Shown: positions 39,995 through 49,337 of the stretch, piece after piece | Position numbering within the stretch: position 1 is the first letter of the stretch | Layout: each line of letters begins with the position of its first letter | Origin: Planctomycetota bacterium | GTDB taxonomy: Bacteria > Planctomycetota > UBA1135 > UBA2386 | DNA: 64,000 nt | Direction of reading: 5' to 3' | NCBI GenBank assembly: GCA_046290465.1 | Contig: JBKAGP010000001.1 | Location: forward strand, 4,704,001 to 4,768,000 | Program-made: the position numbers and the translations under genes | Notes under the pieces: generated by a model | What the model was told of the DNA's origin: nothing | What the model saw: only the letters and a program-made list of their open reading frames with translations | The model's database searches: none

Positions 39995-40777
39995 ATGAGC
40001 TACGAGACCCTCGAGATCGCGATGGACGGCCCGGTGCGGCACGTCCGCCTCAACCGCCCCGACGTGCGCAACGCCTTCAACGGGGTCGTCGTCGACGAGC
40101 TGACCAGGGCGTTCGCCGAGGCCGACGCCGACGATGCGACGCGCGTCGTGGTGCTGAGCGGCAACGGCAAGAGCTTCTCGGCCGGCGCCGACCTTGCGTG
40201 GATGAAGGAGCAGGCCGGCCTGCCGCACGCCGAGAACCAGAGCAGCGCCGACTACATGGCGCGCATGTTCCTGGCGATCGCGCGCTGCAAGAAGCCGGTG
40301 GTCGGCCGCATCCACGGCCACGCGCTCGGCGGTGGTTCGGGTCTGACCGCTGCGGTCGATCTCGCGGTCTGCACCGAGGATTGCCTGTTCGGGCTGACCG
40401 AGGTCAAGCTCGGCATCGTGCCGGCGGTGATCTCGCCGTTCGTGCTGCAGAAGATCGGCGCCGGGCGCGCGCGCACGCTGTTCTTGACCGGCGAGCGCTT
40501 CGACGGTCGCGAGGCGCAGCGCATCGGCCTGGTGCACCGCGCGGTGCCCGAGGCCGAACTCGATGCGGCGGTGCAGCGCTCGGTCGACGAACTGCTGTCG
40601 GCCGGTCCGGCGGCGGTCGCCAGCGCCAAGGAGCTGATCCGCAGCGTCGCGCACCTGTCGCTCGAGGACGCGATCCCGGTCACCTCCAAGTGGATCGCCG
40701 ACCTGCGCGCGACCGACGAGGCCAAGGAGGGCTTCACCGCGTTCCTCGACAAGCGCAAGCCTGGCTGGATGAACTGA
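39995..40777 (+). CDS. Enoyl-CoA hydratase, methylglutaconyl-CoA hydratase (LiuC)-like
   Basis: LNRPDVRNAF, FSAGADLAWM, LTEVKLGIVPAVISPFV, EAKEGFTAFLDKRKP.W. Confidence 0.9.
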   Translation: MSYETLEIAMDGPVRHVRLNRPDVRNAFNGVVVDELTRAFAEADADDATRVVVLSGNGKSFSAGADLAWMKEQAGLPHAENQSSADYMARMFLAIARCKKPVVGRIHGHALGGGSGLTAAVDLAVCTEDCLFGLTEVKLGIVPAVISPFVLQKIGAGRARTLFLTGERFDGREAQRIGLVHRAVPEAELDAAVQRSVDELLSAGPAAVASAKELIRSVAHLSLEDAIPVTSKWIADLRATDEAKEGFTAFLDKRKPGWMN

Positions 40778-42691
40778 TCAGCCGCGATAGCGCGCCCGTT
40801 CGTGTTCGATCGCGGCCGCCCGGATCGCATCGAGCCGCTGCGGATCGAGCTGCGCGGCGGTCGCGCGGGCCAGCAGTTCGCGCGGGGTCTCGCCCGGCCG
40901 CAGCGCGAGCCGGGCGCCGGCGACGGCCCGTTCGAACGCGACGATCGCCCGAGGCCGTGTCGCGCGCCGCCGCCGCCGCAGCCACCAGCCGCCGCCGATC
41001 GCGACCAGCACCAGGCCGCAGGTCCACGGCCGCCGCAGCGGCAGCGTGCAGGCGGCGTCCAGCCAGCGCGCGCGCGCCTCGTCGTCGAAGCCGGTGACCT
41101 CGGCCCACACCGACTCGAGCCAGCGCGACGTCTCGCTCCAGAAGCCACCGTCGTCGTCGCGGCGGCGCCGCACGTCGGCGGGCGGCGTCGCGTCGAACGT
41201 GTGCCACGAGCCGTCCGGGGCCAGCACCTCGACCCACGCGTGCGCGTCGCGCGACCGCGCGATCATCGCGTCGCCCTGCTCACTGCGTTCGTGCACCAGG
41301 TAGCCTCCGACCAGGCGGCACGGCACGTCCTGCGAGCGCAGCAGCAGGGCCAGCGCGGTGGCGAAGTACTCGCAGTGGCCCGCGGCGCTGCCGAGCAGGA
41401 ACTCACCGAGGTTGCCGGCGAAGCCGGGGCCACCGGGCAGTTCGTAGCGTCGGTTCTCCTGCAGCCAGGCGGCGGCCGCCCGCGCGAACGTCAGGGCGTC
41501 GGCATCGGGTGCCTGCTGGCGCAGGCGCGCGGCGAGGTCGCGCGCGAGCCTCGGCATGCCGTCGCTCGGCAGCGCCGTGAAGTGCCGCCGGGTGCGCGCA
41601 TCGATGCGCGGTGCGGCCTTCGGCTGGGCGAGGCCGACCGTGTAGGTCAGCGGTCCGGCCGGCGCGCCGTCGACCTGCACCACCGCGAAGCCCGCGAACG
41701 ACTTGGGGTCGAGGATCGCGCCGGCCATGCCCTGCGGCGTCACCTGCACCGCGACGAGCGGGGTGGCCAGCCGTTCGGAGGCCTTGTCGTACTGCTTGAC
41801 GGTCAGCGTCGTGTGCACGTCGCCGCGGCTCGGCCGCCACCACGAGCCGTCGCGGTGCCGGTCCCACGGCGAGTCGCTGGCGAACCGCGAGCCGAGCCTG
41901 CCGGCCTCCTGCGGATACCAGGTGCGCCCGTCGAACTCCGAGAACGCGATCGCGCGCCAGTGCGTCGGCACCGCGCCGAGCAGGTGTTGCGGCGCCTCGA
42001 TGCGCAGCGCGATCTCCTCGCCGAGGTGGGCCGCGGTCTCGTTGTCGAGGTCGATGCGCTCGGTCATGCCGGACTGCAGCTGCTGGCCGAACGCGAGATG
42101 GTCCTCGAGCCAGCCGGCCCGCTGGAAGTCGCGCGGCCACAGCACGAACACGGCGCCGGTCAGCGCCGCGATCGCGACCGTGCGCGGCGCGCTGTCGCGC
42201 AGCACCGCCCGCATCGTCGCCGCGTCGACGGCGCGGCTGCGCGCGGTCAGCACGTAGACCTGCAGCGCCGGCACGAACACCAGCGTGTGGCCGGCGAACA
42301 GCAGCGACCACCAGACGTCCGGCGCGAAGAAGCTGGTGACGAACGCGATCAGGAACGAGTTGAAGAACGTCAGGTCGGGCCGCTGTCGGTCGCCGATGTT
42401 GTTGAGCAGGTGCACCTGGCACAGCACCGCCAGCACCAGCCCGTCCTCGAGCATGTGCAGCAGGCCGGTGGTGGTCGCGTGGTGGACCAGCAGCGCGAAC
42501 ACGATCAACACGCCGACGTTCCAGCCGGCGCGGTAGGTCGCCAGGCGCTGCAGGCGCCGCAGCCGCGGCGACGCCAGCGCCAGCGCCCACAGCGGCAGCA
42601 GCAGCGTGGCGGAGACCGCGCCGGTCGCGTGCACGAAGCCGAGGTCGAACAGCGTCAACAGCAGCAGCAGCGGATGCAGGCGGTCGCTCAC
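40778..42691 (-). CDS. Transglutaminase-like membrane protein (DUF3488/TgpA-like)
   Basis: N-terminal TM helices; GHCEYFATALALLLR, HAWVEV, FDATP triad; GTG start overlaps the DUF58 stop. Confidence 0.9.
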   Translation of the reverse strand: MSDRLHPLLLLLTLFDLGFVHATGAVSATLLLPLWALALASPRLRRLQRLATYRAGWNVGVLIVFALLVHHATTTGLLHMLEDGLVLAVLCQVHLLNNIGDRQRPDLTFFNSFLIAFVTSFFAPDVWWSLLFAGHTLVFVPALQVYVLTARSRAVDAATMRAVLRDSAPRTVAIAALTGAVFVLWPRDFQRAGWLEDHLAFGQQLQSGMTERIDLDNETAAHLGEEIALRIEAPQHLLGAVPTHWRAIAFSEFDGRTWYPQEAGRLGSRFASDSPWDRHRDGSWWRPSRGDVHTTLTVKQYDKASERLATPLVAVQVTPQGMAGAILDPKSFAGFAVVQVDGAPAGPLTYTVGLAQPKAAPRIDARTRRHFTALPSDGMPRLARDLAARLRQQAPDADALTFARAAAAWLQENRRYELPGGPGFAGNLGEFLLGSAAGHCEYFATALALLLRSQDVPCRLVGGYLVHERSEQGDAMIARSRDAHAWVEVLAPDGSWHTFDATPPADVRRRRDDDGGFWSETSRWLESVWAEVTGFDDEARARWLDAACTLPLRRPWTCGLVLVAIGGGWWLRRRRRATRPRAIVAFERAVAGARLALRPGETPRELLARATAAQLDPQRLDAIRAAAIEHERARYRG

Positions 42692-43650
42692 GGCGCGCTC
42701 CAGCTGCGCTCGGGCAGCGTGATCGCGTCGCGGCTGCGCGGCGGCGGGGCCGCCGCGGCGGCCAGTGGGGTCGCCTCGGCCAGCCAGCGCAGCGCGGCTT
42801 CGGTGCCGCCGCGTTCGGGGTCGACCAGCAGCTCCGCGTCCTGGCTGCGCAGGCGCACCGGGGCGCCGTGCCGCGCCGCCAGCACCAGCGTGGTCGCGTG
42901 CGACAGCGCGCGTTCGAACGTCGCCTCGTCGCAGCGTCGATCGAGCACGACGTCGACCAACGGCCGGCTGTCGCGTTCGCGCTCCTTGATCACCGCCGTG
43001 CCGCGGCGCGCCGTCGCCTTCCAGTGCACGTCGGCGAGCGCGTCGCCGGTGCGGAACGGACGCAGGCCGGCGAGGCCGGTGCCGCGACCGGGACTCTGGG
43101 CGCCGTCGTCGCCCTCGCCGTTGCCGCGGCCGGTGCCGCTGCCGGGGATCGCGAGCGGCTCGGGGTGGGTGACCAGCTCGCATGCCAGGGGCGTGCGGCA
43201 CGTCGTCACGAAGAAGCCGAACGGGAACTTCGACGTCACCAACGCCTGCTCGAGGCGGCGCACGCCGCGCGGCTGGGGCGCCAGCTGGCCGCGCAGTTCG
43301 GCGTCGCCGACGAGCACCGGGGCGTAGGCGATCTCGGCCCGTTCGCGCGCGAGCGGCAGTTCGATCGCGACGTCGAAACGCGGCCGGCGTCCGCCGTGCA
43401 CGCGCACGGAGACGTCGCGCTGGCCGCCCTCGGCGGCGAGGCCGACGTCGACGGCCGTGACCTGCACGCCGCGCAGGTTGCGCCACGACCACCACGCGCC
43501 GAGCAGCCCGAGCACCGCGCTGAACGCCAGCAGCAGGAAGAACAGGTTGCTGTAGTTGGTCGCCAGGAACGCCAGCTCCAGCGCCGCGAACAGCAGCAGC
43601 CCCTTGGAGCCGAGCGCGCTCGGCCGGATCGCTACGCGCGGTGCGGGCAT
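42688..43650 (-). CDS. DUF58 domain protein
   Basis: SKFPFG, GLRPFRTGD..ADVHWKATAR, VIKE.E. Confidence 0.88.
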   Translation of the reverse strand: MPAPRVAIRPSALGSKGLLLFAALELAFLATNYSNLFFLLLAFSAVLGLLGAWWSWRNLRGVQVTAVDVGLAAEGGQRDVSVRVHGGRRPRFDVAIELPLARERAEIAYAPVLVGDAELRGQLAPQPRGVRRLEQALVTSKFPFGFFVTTCRTPLACELVTHPEPLAIPGSGTGRGNGEGDDGAQSPGRGTGLAGLRPFRTGDALADVHWKATARRGTAVIKERERDSRPLVDVVLDRRCDEATFERALSHATTLVLAARHGAPVRLRSQDAELLVDPERGGTEAALRWLAEATPLAAAAAPPPRSRDAITLPERSWSAP

Positions 43651-43655
43651 CGGGC

Positions 43656-44594
43656 CTAGAGCGGCACCGGCACGTTGGCGAGCACGTCGCGCAGCATCGG
43701 TGCGGCGTCGTCTCCCTGGTGCAGGAACAGGCGGTGCGCGAGCGTCGGCACCGCGAGCGCCTTGAGGTCGTCGGGCAGCACGTAGTCGCGTTCGTCGAGC
43801 AGCGCGCGCGCCTTGGCGGCCTTGATCCAGGCGAGCGCGGCGCGAGGGCTGGCGCCGAGCTGCACGTCCGGATGGCCGCGGGTCGCCTGCACGACGCGCA
43901 GCGCATACTCGGCGACCGGGGTCTGCACCTGGACGCGTTCGCAGCGCAGCTGCAGGTCGCGCAGCTGCTCGGGGTTCATCACCGGTTCGACCTCGCGCAG
44001 CCGCGCCTCGGCGTCGCTGCCGGTGTAGAGCTCGAGCTCGAACTCCGGCGTCGGATAGCCGAGCTCGACGCGGACCAGGAAGCGATCGAGCGCGGCCTCC
44101 GGCACCGGAAACGTGCCGTGGAACTCGATCGGGTTGCGTGTCGCCAGCACCGTGAACGGCTCGCCGAGCCGCTCGGTGCGGCCGTCGATCGACACGTGGC
44201 CGTTCTCCATCGCCTCGAGCAGGCACGACAGCGTGCGCGGGCTGGTGCGGTTGATCTCGTCGGCGAGCACCAGGTTGGCGAACAGCGGGCCGGGCACGAA
44301 CGTGAAGGTGCCCGAGTCCTGCTGCCAGACCGAGGTGCCGATCACGTCGCTCGGCATCAGGTCGTTGGTGAACTGCACGCGGCGGAAGCTGCCGTCGATG
44401 CAGGCCGCCAGCGTGCGGGCCAGCAGCGTCTTGCCGATGCCCGGGATGCCCTCGACCAGCACATGGCCGCCGGCGACCAGCGCGCACAGCAGTGGCTCGA
44501 TCGCAGGATCCGGCAGCTTGACCACGTGGGTCAGGTTGCGAACCAGAAGATCGCGCGCAGAACGCGCGCCCGTCGTTGCAGTGGTGGCCGGCAC
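43656..44594 (-). CDS. moxR: MoxR family AAA+ ATPase
   Basis: GHVLVEGIPGIGKT, RVQFTNDLMPSD, LADEINRTSP, GTFPVPEAALDRF; GTG at 44594 with GGAG RBS chosen. Confidence 0.93.
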   Translation of the reverse strand: MPATTATTGARSARDLLVRNLTHVVKLPDPAIEPLLCALVAGGHVLVEGIPGIGKTLLARTLAACIDGSFRRVQFTNDLMPSDVIGTSVWQQDSGTFTFVPGPLFANLVLADEINRTSPRTLSCLLEAMENGHVSIDGRTERLGEPFTVLATRNPIEFHGTFPVPEAALDRFLVRVELGYPTPEFELELYTGSDAEARLREVEPVMNPEQLRDLQLRCERVQVQTPVAEYALRVVQATRGHPDVQLGASPRAALAWIKAAKARALLDERDYVLPDDLKALAVPTLAHRLFLHQGDDAAPMLRDVLANVPVPL

Positions 44595-44695
44595 AGGTGC
44601 TCCCGTGACGGTTTTCGGCCAGCTGCGACGGCGCGGTGAGCGGCGGGTCCGCAGCCGCCATGCCATCGGTCTCAGGTCGGGCCTTTCGGGTCCGG

Positions 44696-45217
44696 TCAGC
44701 CCTGGCTCGGTGGGCGGATCAGCTGGCGGAAGCGTTCGTCGGTGCGCAGGCCGTCGAGATCCGGCTCGTCGAGCGCGTAGGAGCGGTTGTCCGGGTTGAG
44801 GCCGCAGGCGAGGCTCAGCGCGTCGATCGCGCGGTCGGTCTGCTGCGCCAGCGCCAGGTAGCACGCGAGGTTGAAGTGCGCGACGTCGTGGCGGTGGTTG
44901 CGTTCGATCAGCTGCTCCGCGCAGCGGATCGCGCCGTCGAGATCGTCGTTGCGGCGCCGGCACCACGCTTCGGTCAGGTCGACCCAGTCGTCGTCGGGGT
45001 GCATGCTGCGCAATTCCTGCAGGTCGCGCAGGGCGTCGCCGAACGCGCCGAGGCGAGCGTGGGCGCGGACCCGCAGCGACAGGCCGCAGGCGCGCGCGGC
45101 CGGGTCCCCGAGCAGCGGGCCGACGAGCTCGAGCGCGCGTTCGGGGCAGCGCAGCTCGAGCCAGCCGTCGACCTGGTCGACGAGTCGCTCGAGCGACTTG
45201 GGCACCGGATAGATCAT
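44696..45217 (-). CDS. TPR-repeat protein
   Basis: AHFNLACYLAL...A...LS.A..LNP...DEPDLDGLR TPR-end motif; ATG overlaps the upstream stop. Confidence 0.8.
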   Translation of the reverse strand: MIYPVPKSLERLVDQVDGWLELRCPERALELVGPLLGDPAARACGLSLRVRAHARLGAFGDALRDLQELRSMHPDDDWVDLTEAWCRRRNDDLDGAIRCAEQLIERNHRHDVAHFNLACYLALAQQTDRAIDALSLACGLNPDNRSYALDEPDLDGLRTDERFRQLIRPPSQG

Positions 45218-45924
45218 GCGTCCTCGGGCATCGGTAGGCGGTCGAAGCGCTGCCAGATCTCGGTTGCGACGGTGTTGAGCCGGTGGTCGCCGCCGTCGAC
45301 CAGCCACAGCTGCTTGTGGCGGCTCTGCATCGACGCGAAGAACCACTCGCTGACCTGCTGCGGGATGATGTCGTCGGCGGTGCCGTGCACGACCAGCGTC
45401 GGCGACGTCACGCGCCGAGGCAGGCCGCGCTCGTCGAGCCGTTCGGCGTCGTCGCGAACGCCGGGCTCGACGAAGAACGACGGGCCCTCGGCGGTGTGCA
45501 GGAAGCCCTCTTTGTCGATATGGTCGCGGATGCGCGGCATCAGGCCGAACGCGGGCGCGAGCAGCGCCAGCCGCCGCACCAGGTCGGGGCGTTCGCCGGC
45601 GGCGTGCGCCGCGACCAGGCCGCCGAGGCTCGAGCCGATCACGTAGGCCGGGCCGGTGCGTTCGAGGATCCGGATCGCGTCGGCGATCAGCGCGCTGACG
45701 GCGACGCGGCCGATCTCGCCGGACGACTCGCCGTGGCCGCGCATGTCGAACCGCAGGAAGCCGTGGTCGCGCGCGATCGCGTGTTCGAGCAGCGACGCGC
45801 TCTTCTCGCCGACGCGCACCGAGCCGAGCCCGTGCAGGAACACGTAGCAGGGGCCGTCACCGGCGCGTTCGTCGCCGACCACGAAGTGGCCTCCCTCCAG
45901 CTCGATGCGGAACGGCGTCGTCAC
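45214..45924 (-). CDS. Alpha/beta hydrolase
   Basis: FLHGLGS, RFDMRGHGES, GSSLGG nucleophile elbow, HGTADD, GGDHRL. Confidence 0.92.
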   Translation of the reverse strand: MTTPFRIELEGGHFVVGDERAGDGPCYVFLHGLGSVRVGEKSASLLEHAIARDHGFLRFDMRGHGESSGEIGRVAVSALIADAIRILERTGPAYVIGSSLGGLVAAHAAGERPDLVRRLALLAPAFGLMPRIRDHIDKEGFLHTAEGPSFFVEPGVRDDAERLDERGLPRRVTSPTLVVHGTADDIIPQQVSEWFFASMQSRHKQLWLVDGGDHRLNTVATEIWQRFDRLPMPEDA

Positions 45925-45960
45925 GGACGTGCGGTCTCCCCGGGAACCGGGAGGTCGAGT

Positions 45961-46028
45961 GGGCGCGCGGGAGACAGTGGCGCGGGAGAAAACGGGGCGC
46001 GCCAAAACCGGGCGCGCCAAAAAGGGGG
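45961..46028. repeat. Degenerate approximately 15-bp tandem repeat between greA and the hydrolase gene
   Basis: GCGCGGGAGA twice, then GGGCGCGCCAAAA twice. Confidence 0.55.
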
Positions 46029-46051
46029 CAGGAGAAGGGAATGCGAGCGGA

Positions 46052-48250
46052 TCAGACGATCCGCTCGATCGCCTCGATCTTGACCTTGATCGGGCCCGAC
46101 GGCGATGGCATCTCGCCGACCTCGCCGAGCTCCTTGCCGAGCAGGCCCTTGGCCAGCGGGGCGCGGTAGTTGATCGTCTGCTCGTCGGTGGAGTCCCACG
46201 GGCCGAGCAGGCGGTATTCCAGCTTCTTGCCGGTGCCTTCCTCGCTCAGCGTGATCTTCTGACCCGGCGCGACCGTGCCCTCGGGGATCTCCTGGTCCTC
46301 GATCAGCTTGGCGCTGCTGATCTCGCCGTCCATCTCCTGCGCGCGACCCGTCAGGTTGCGCTGCTCCTCCATCGCGGACTCCCACTCGGAGTTCTCGGAG
46401 AGGTCGCCGAGCGACGCGGCGGCGCCGATGGCCTGGGCGTTCTCGGGGATCTTCACGTCGACGAGGACGCGGTACTCCTCCTTGATCTTCTTCAGGCCGT
46501 CCTGCGTCGTGAAGATGTACTCGTCGCGATCCCACCACGGGACGTCCGGTTCGGCCAGGATGTCCGGGTAGAGGCGGGCGACGGTGCGGTCGAGGTAGGC
46601 CTCGAGCTCGGTCGGGAAGTCGTCGCCGGCGCGGGCGACGATGCCGACGTACTGCGCGAGGTCCTCACGCGAGATGCCCTCACAGGCCTTGTCGAGCAGG
46701 CCGCGCTTGCCGGTCAGCAGGCTGAGCAGGCGGTTGAGCAGGCGGCCGTGCAGCGCGTTGGACTTGCGGTCCTCGTTGAGCACGCGGCCGAGGTGCAGCA
46801 GCACGCGCACCATGGTGACCGCGTCGGGGCACTTGTCCTGGCCGTCGAAGACGCCGTCGCTGTAGTACTTGCCGAGCAGGTACGTCATCAGCGGGTGGCG
46901 CTTGGGGTACGGCGCGACGCGGTTCCACAGCGACAGGATCTCGGGGCCGTGCTTGGTCTCGACCAGCTTGTCGGCGACCTTCTCGACGACCGTCGCCGGC
47001 CAGTCGGTCAGCGTCGACACGCACTGTTCGGCCCAGTCGCCGCCGAGCGCCTGCGGCAGCAGGCTGACGGCGTGCTCGCGCGAGGCCTGCGTCGCGAGCA
47101 GGTCGATGCGCGTCGGCTCGAGCTTGCCGCCTTCTTCGAGCAGCAGTTCGCGCAGCTCTTCGGCCGCGCTGACCGACGCCGTGCGGCCGTGCTCCTCGAG
47201 GAACAGGATGCCGTCGAGGATGTGCGCGTGGCTGGCGCCGGCTTCGGGGTTGTTCTTCTTCTCCTCGAGCGCCTGCTCCAGCGTGGTGCTGGCGAGTTCG
47301 AGGATCTGCGTGCGCACCTCTTCGTCCTCGGAGCGCTTGAGGTACTCGCGCAGCACGACGACGCGTTCGCCGAGGTCGTTCTGGTGCTTGAGCGTCATGC
47401 TCGCCTCGTCGACGAGGCTGACCGGCTTCTTGCGCAGCACGAACACCGGACGCGTCGGGGTGCCCTCGACCTTGAGCCACGGGTCCTTGGTCGCGGCCGT
47501 CTTGGCCTTCTTCCACCACGAGGCCCACTTCTTGGTCTCGATGACCGAGCCGGCGAGCTCCTTCTTGACCTGCGTGCTGGTGATCGTGCCGCGGTAGAGG
47601 CTCGCGGCGCGACGGATCAGCGCGGCGGGCGTGTTGGCCGCCTCGTCCTGCAGCTTCTCCATGCGCAGCAGCTTCATCGCGCGCAGGTCGTCGTTGTCGA
47701 GCGGCTTGAAGCTGTCGAGCAGCGTGTCCAGCGGGAACGGCGAACGCCGTCCGGTGCTGAAGTTCACGGTGATCTCCTGCGTCGCCGCGTCGAAGCCTTC
47801 GACGATGCCTTCGCCCCAGCCGGCGGCGTGGTAGACGACATGGCCTTCGGTGTAGCGGCGCAGCTGGTCGAACTCGAGCACCGCACCGACGGTCGCCGTG
47901 CTGAGGCTCGAGCGCTGCTTGAGCACCGGCAGCCAGGCGGCGTCGCCGTAGTGGTCGTCGATCAGGTCGATCAGCTTGTTGACCAGCTCGTCGTTGTGGG
48001 CGCTGCTCTGCATGGCGCGGAAGCCGAGCTCCATCGCCGAGCGCTTGTCGCCCTTGCCGACCAGGCTGTCGACCATCGCGGAGGCCATGCCGATCGCCTT
48101 GCTGGCCATGTCCTGTTCACACAGGACATCGAGCGTATCGGCGTATTGGGGGACGTGATCGGCGTCGGGCGCGCCGACCGCCTGGCTCCAGGCGGCCTCG
48201 AGCTCGTCGAGATTCTGGGAGCGGGCGAGATGGACCAGTTCGTGCGTCAA
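46052..48250 (-). CDS. greA: GreA/GreB transcription elongation factor with a long N-terminal extension (start uncertain)
   Basis: C-terminal GDLSENSEW, YRLLGPWDS, YRAPLAKGLLGK; about 570 extra N-terminal residues including W..WWKKAK. Confidence 0.88.
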   Translation of the reverse strand: MTHELVHLARSQNLDELEAAWSQAVGAPDADHVPQYADTLDVLCEQDMASKAIGMASAMVDSLVGKGDKRSAMELGFRAMQSSAHNDELVNKLIDLIDDHYGDAAWLPVLKQRSSLSTATVGAVLEFDQLRRYTEGHVVYHAAGWGEGIVEGFDAATQEITVNFSTGRRSPFPLDTLLDSFKPLDNDDLRAMKLLRMEKLQDEAANTPAALIRRAASLYRGTITSTQVKKELAGSVIETKKWASWWKKAKTAATKDPWLKVEGTPTRPVFVLRKKPVSLVDEASMTLKHQNDLGERVVVLREYLKRSEDEEVRTQILELASTTLEQALEEKKNNPEAGASHAHILDGILFLEEHGRTASVSAAEELRELLLEEGGKLEPTRIDLLATQASREHAVSLLPQALGGDWAEQCVSTLTDWPATVVEKVADKLVETKHGPEILSLWNRVAPYPKRHPLMTYLLGKYYSDGVFDGQDKCPDAVTMVRVLLHLGRVLNEDRKSNALHGRLLNRLLSLLTGKRGLLDKACEGISREDLAQYVGIVARAGDDFPTELEAYLDRTVARLYPDILAEPDVPWWDRDEYIFTTQDGLKKIKEEYRVLVDVKIPENAQAIGAAASLGDLSENSEWESAMEEQRNLTGRAQEMDGEISSAKLIEDQEIPEGTVAPGQKITLSEEGTGKKLEYRLLGPWDSTDEQTINYRAPLAKGLLGKELGEVGEMPSPSGPIKVKIEAIERIV

Positions 48251-48367
48251 CTTCGGACCCGTAGGGTGGCGTAAGCAGCGGAAATCGGGGGGGGGACGAT
48301 ACCTGTTCGTCGCCGCGGTCGCCACCGTGCAGTGTGCGAACGGGGCCAAACTGGCCGCGCCGTTTGC

Positions 48368-48414
48368 ATCTGCCCCGCGAATCTGCCCCGCGAGCCCGCC
48401 AATCTGCCCCGCGA
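48368..48414. repeat. Three direct copies of the 13-mer ATCTGCCCCGCGA
   Basis: Copies at 48368-48380, 48381-48393 and 48402-48414, upstream of greA. Confidence 0.85.
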
Positions 48415-48449
48415 GATCAGGGCGGGGGGCCCGGAACCGGGCCGCGCGC

Positions 48450-49130
48450 CTACTCGGCGAGGCGCGCGATCAGCGTGTGCACGCTGCTCGACGAGCAGGA
48501 CTCGTCGTAGGCCGACAGCGGGATCTCGTCGAGCGAGTCCTCGTCGGCGACCAGGATCACGTAGAACTCCTGTCCGTACTGGGCGCGGAACGCCTGGATC
48601 TTGGTGAGGATCGGGGCCTTCGGGTCCTCGACGGCCTCGATCACGACGCCCTTGCCCTCGCGGCCGCGGCCGCGCAGCACGATCATCGGCGCGTAGGCGG
48701 CGACCTTGTTATCGTCGAAGCGGATCTCGTAGTGGCGCGGGCTGTGGCTGTGCACGACGCCGGCGATGCCGAGGCGGTTGCAGAGCTGCTGCTCCAGGCG
48801 GTTGGACAGCAGACGGCCACCGCAGCGACCGAAGCCGCCGCCACCGCCGCCGTGCGCCATCAGCGGATTGTCGTCATCGACGCTGGCAACCGCGCGCGGC
48901 AGGAAGACCGAACGTTCTTGAGCAGGCTTGCGCACGGACTTACGCGCGGCCGGCGGCGTTGCGACGGCGGCCGAGGCCTTCTTCGCGGCCTTCTTCGGGG
49001 GGGCCTTCCGGGTCGCCTTCTTGGCGGTCGTCTTGCTGGCGGCCTTGCTCTTCGTCGCGGCAGCCTTGCTCGTCTTGGCCTTTTTGGCGGCCTTCTTCTT
49101 GGGAGAGGCGGTGGTGGTCTTCGCTGCCAT
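48450..49130 (-). CDS. Protein with histone H1-like K/A-rich N-terminus and a degenerate restriction-endonuclease-like C-domain
   Basis: MAAKTTTASPKKKAAKKAKTSKAAATKSK...; SNRLEQQLCNRL..AGV...YAPMIVL...VVIEAV. Confidence 0.72.
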   Translation of the reverse strand: MAAKTTTASPKKKAAKKAKTSKAAATKSKAASKTTAKKATRKAPPKKAAKKASAAVATPPAARKSVRKPAQERSVFLPRAVASVDDDNPLMAHGGGGGGFGRCGGRLLSNRLEQQLCNRLGIAGVVHSHSPRHYEIRFDDNKVAAYAPMIVLRGRGREGKGVVIEAVEDPKAPILTKIQAFRAQYGQEFYVILVADEDSLDEIPLSAYDESCSSSSVHTLIARLAE

Positions 49131-49171
49131 GGGCGCTTGGTGGCAACCGGCTCGCCGGTCTCCCTGACGTC

Positions 49172-49187
49172 TTGCGTTCGAACGCAA
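49172..49187. promoter_or_regulatory. Perfect 16-bp palindrome TTGCGTTCGAACGCAA (operator candidate)
   Basis: Self-complementary; lies in the divergent intergenic region about 40 bp upstream of the H1-like gene. Confidence 0.5.
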
Positions 49188-49337
49188 TACTGGCATCTGC
49201 GTCGGGGAGGTCGGCCCTCTATGGGCAGGCGGCTCGGTTGCCGAATTCGAAGCGGAGATCCTAGCAGATTTCAGCGGTCTCGTAACCCCCGCAGGCTCGC
49301 CTTGGAGGCGCCCGTACGGTAGCCCAGGGGGCCCAAC

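Noticed and set aside
48368..48414. Possible mini-CRISPR array
   Set aside because: The repeats are only 13 bp with 0- and 8-bp spacers, and there are no cas genes.
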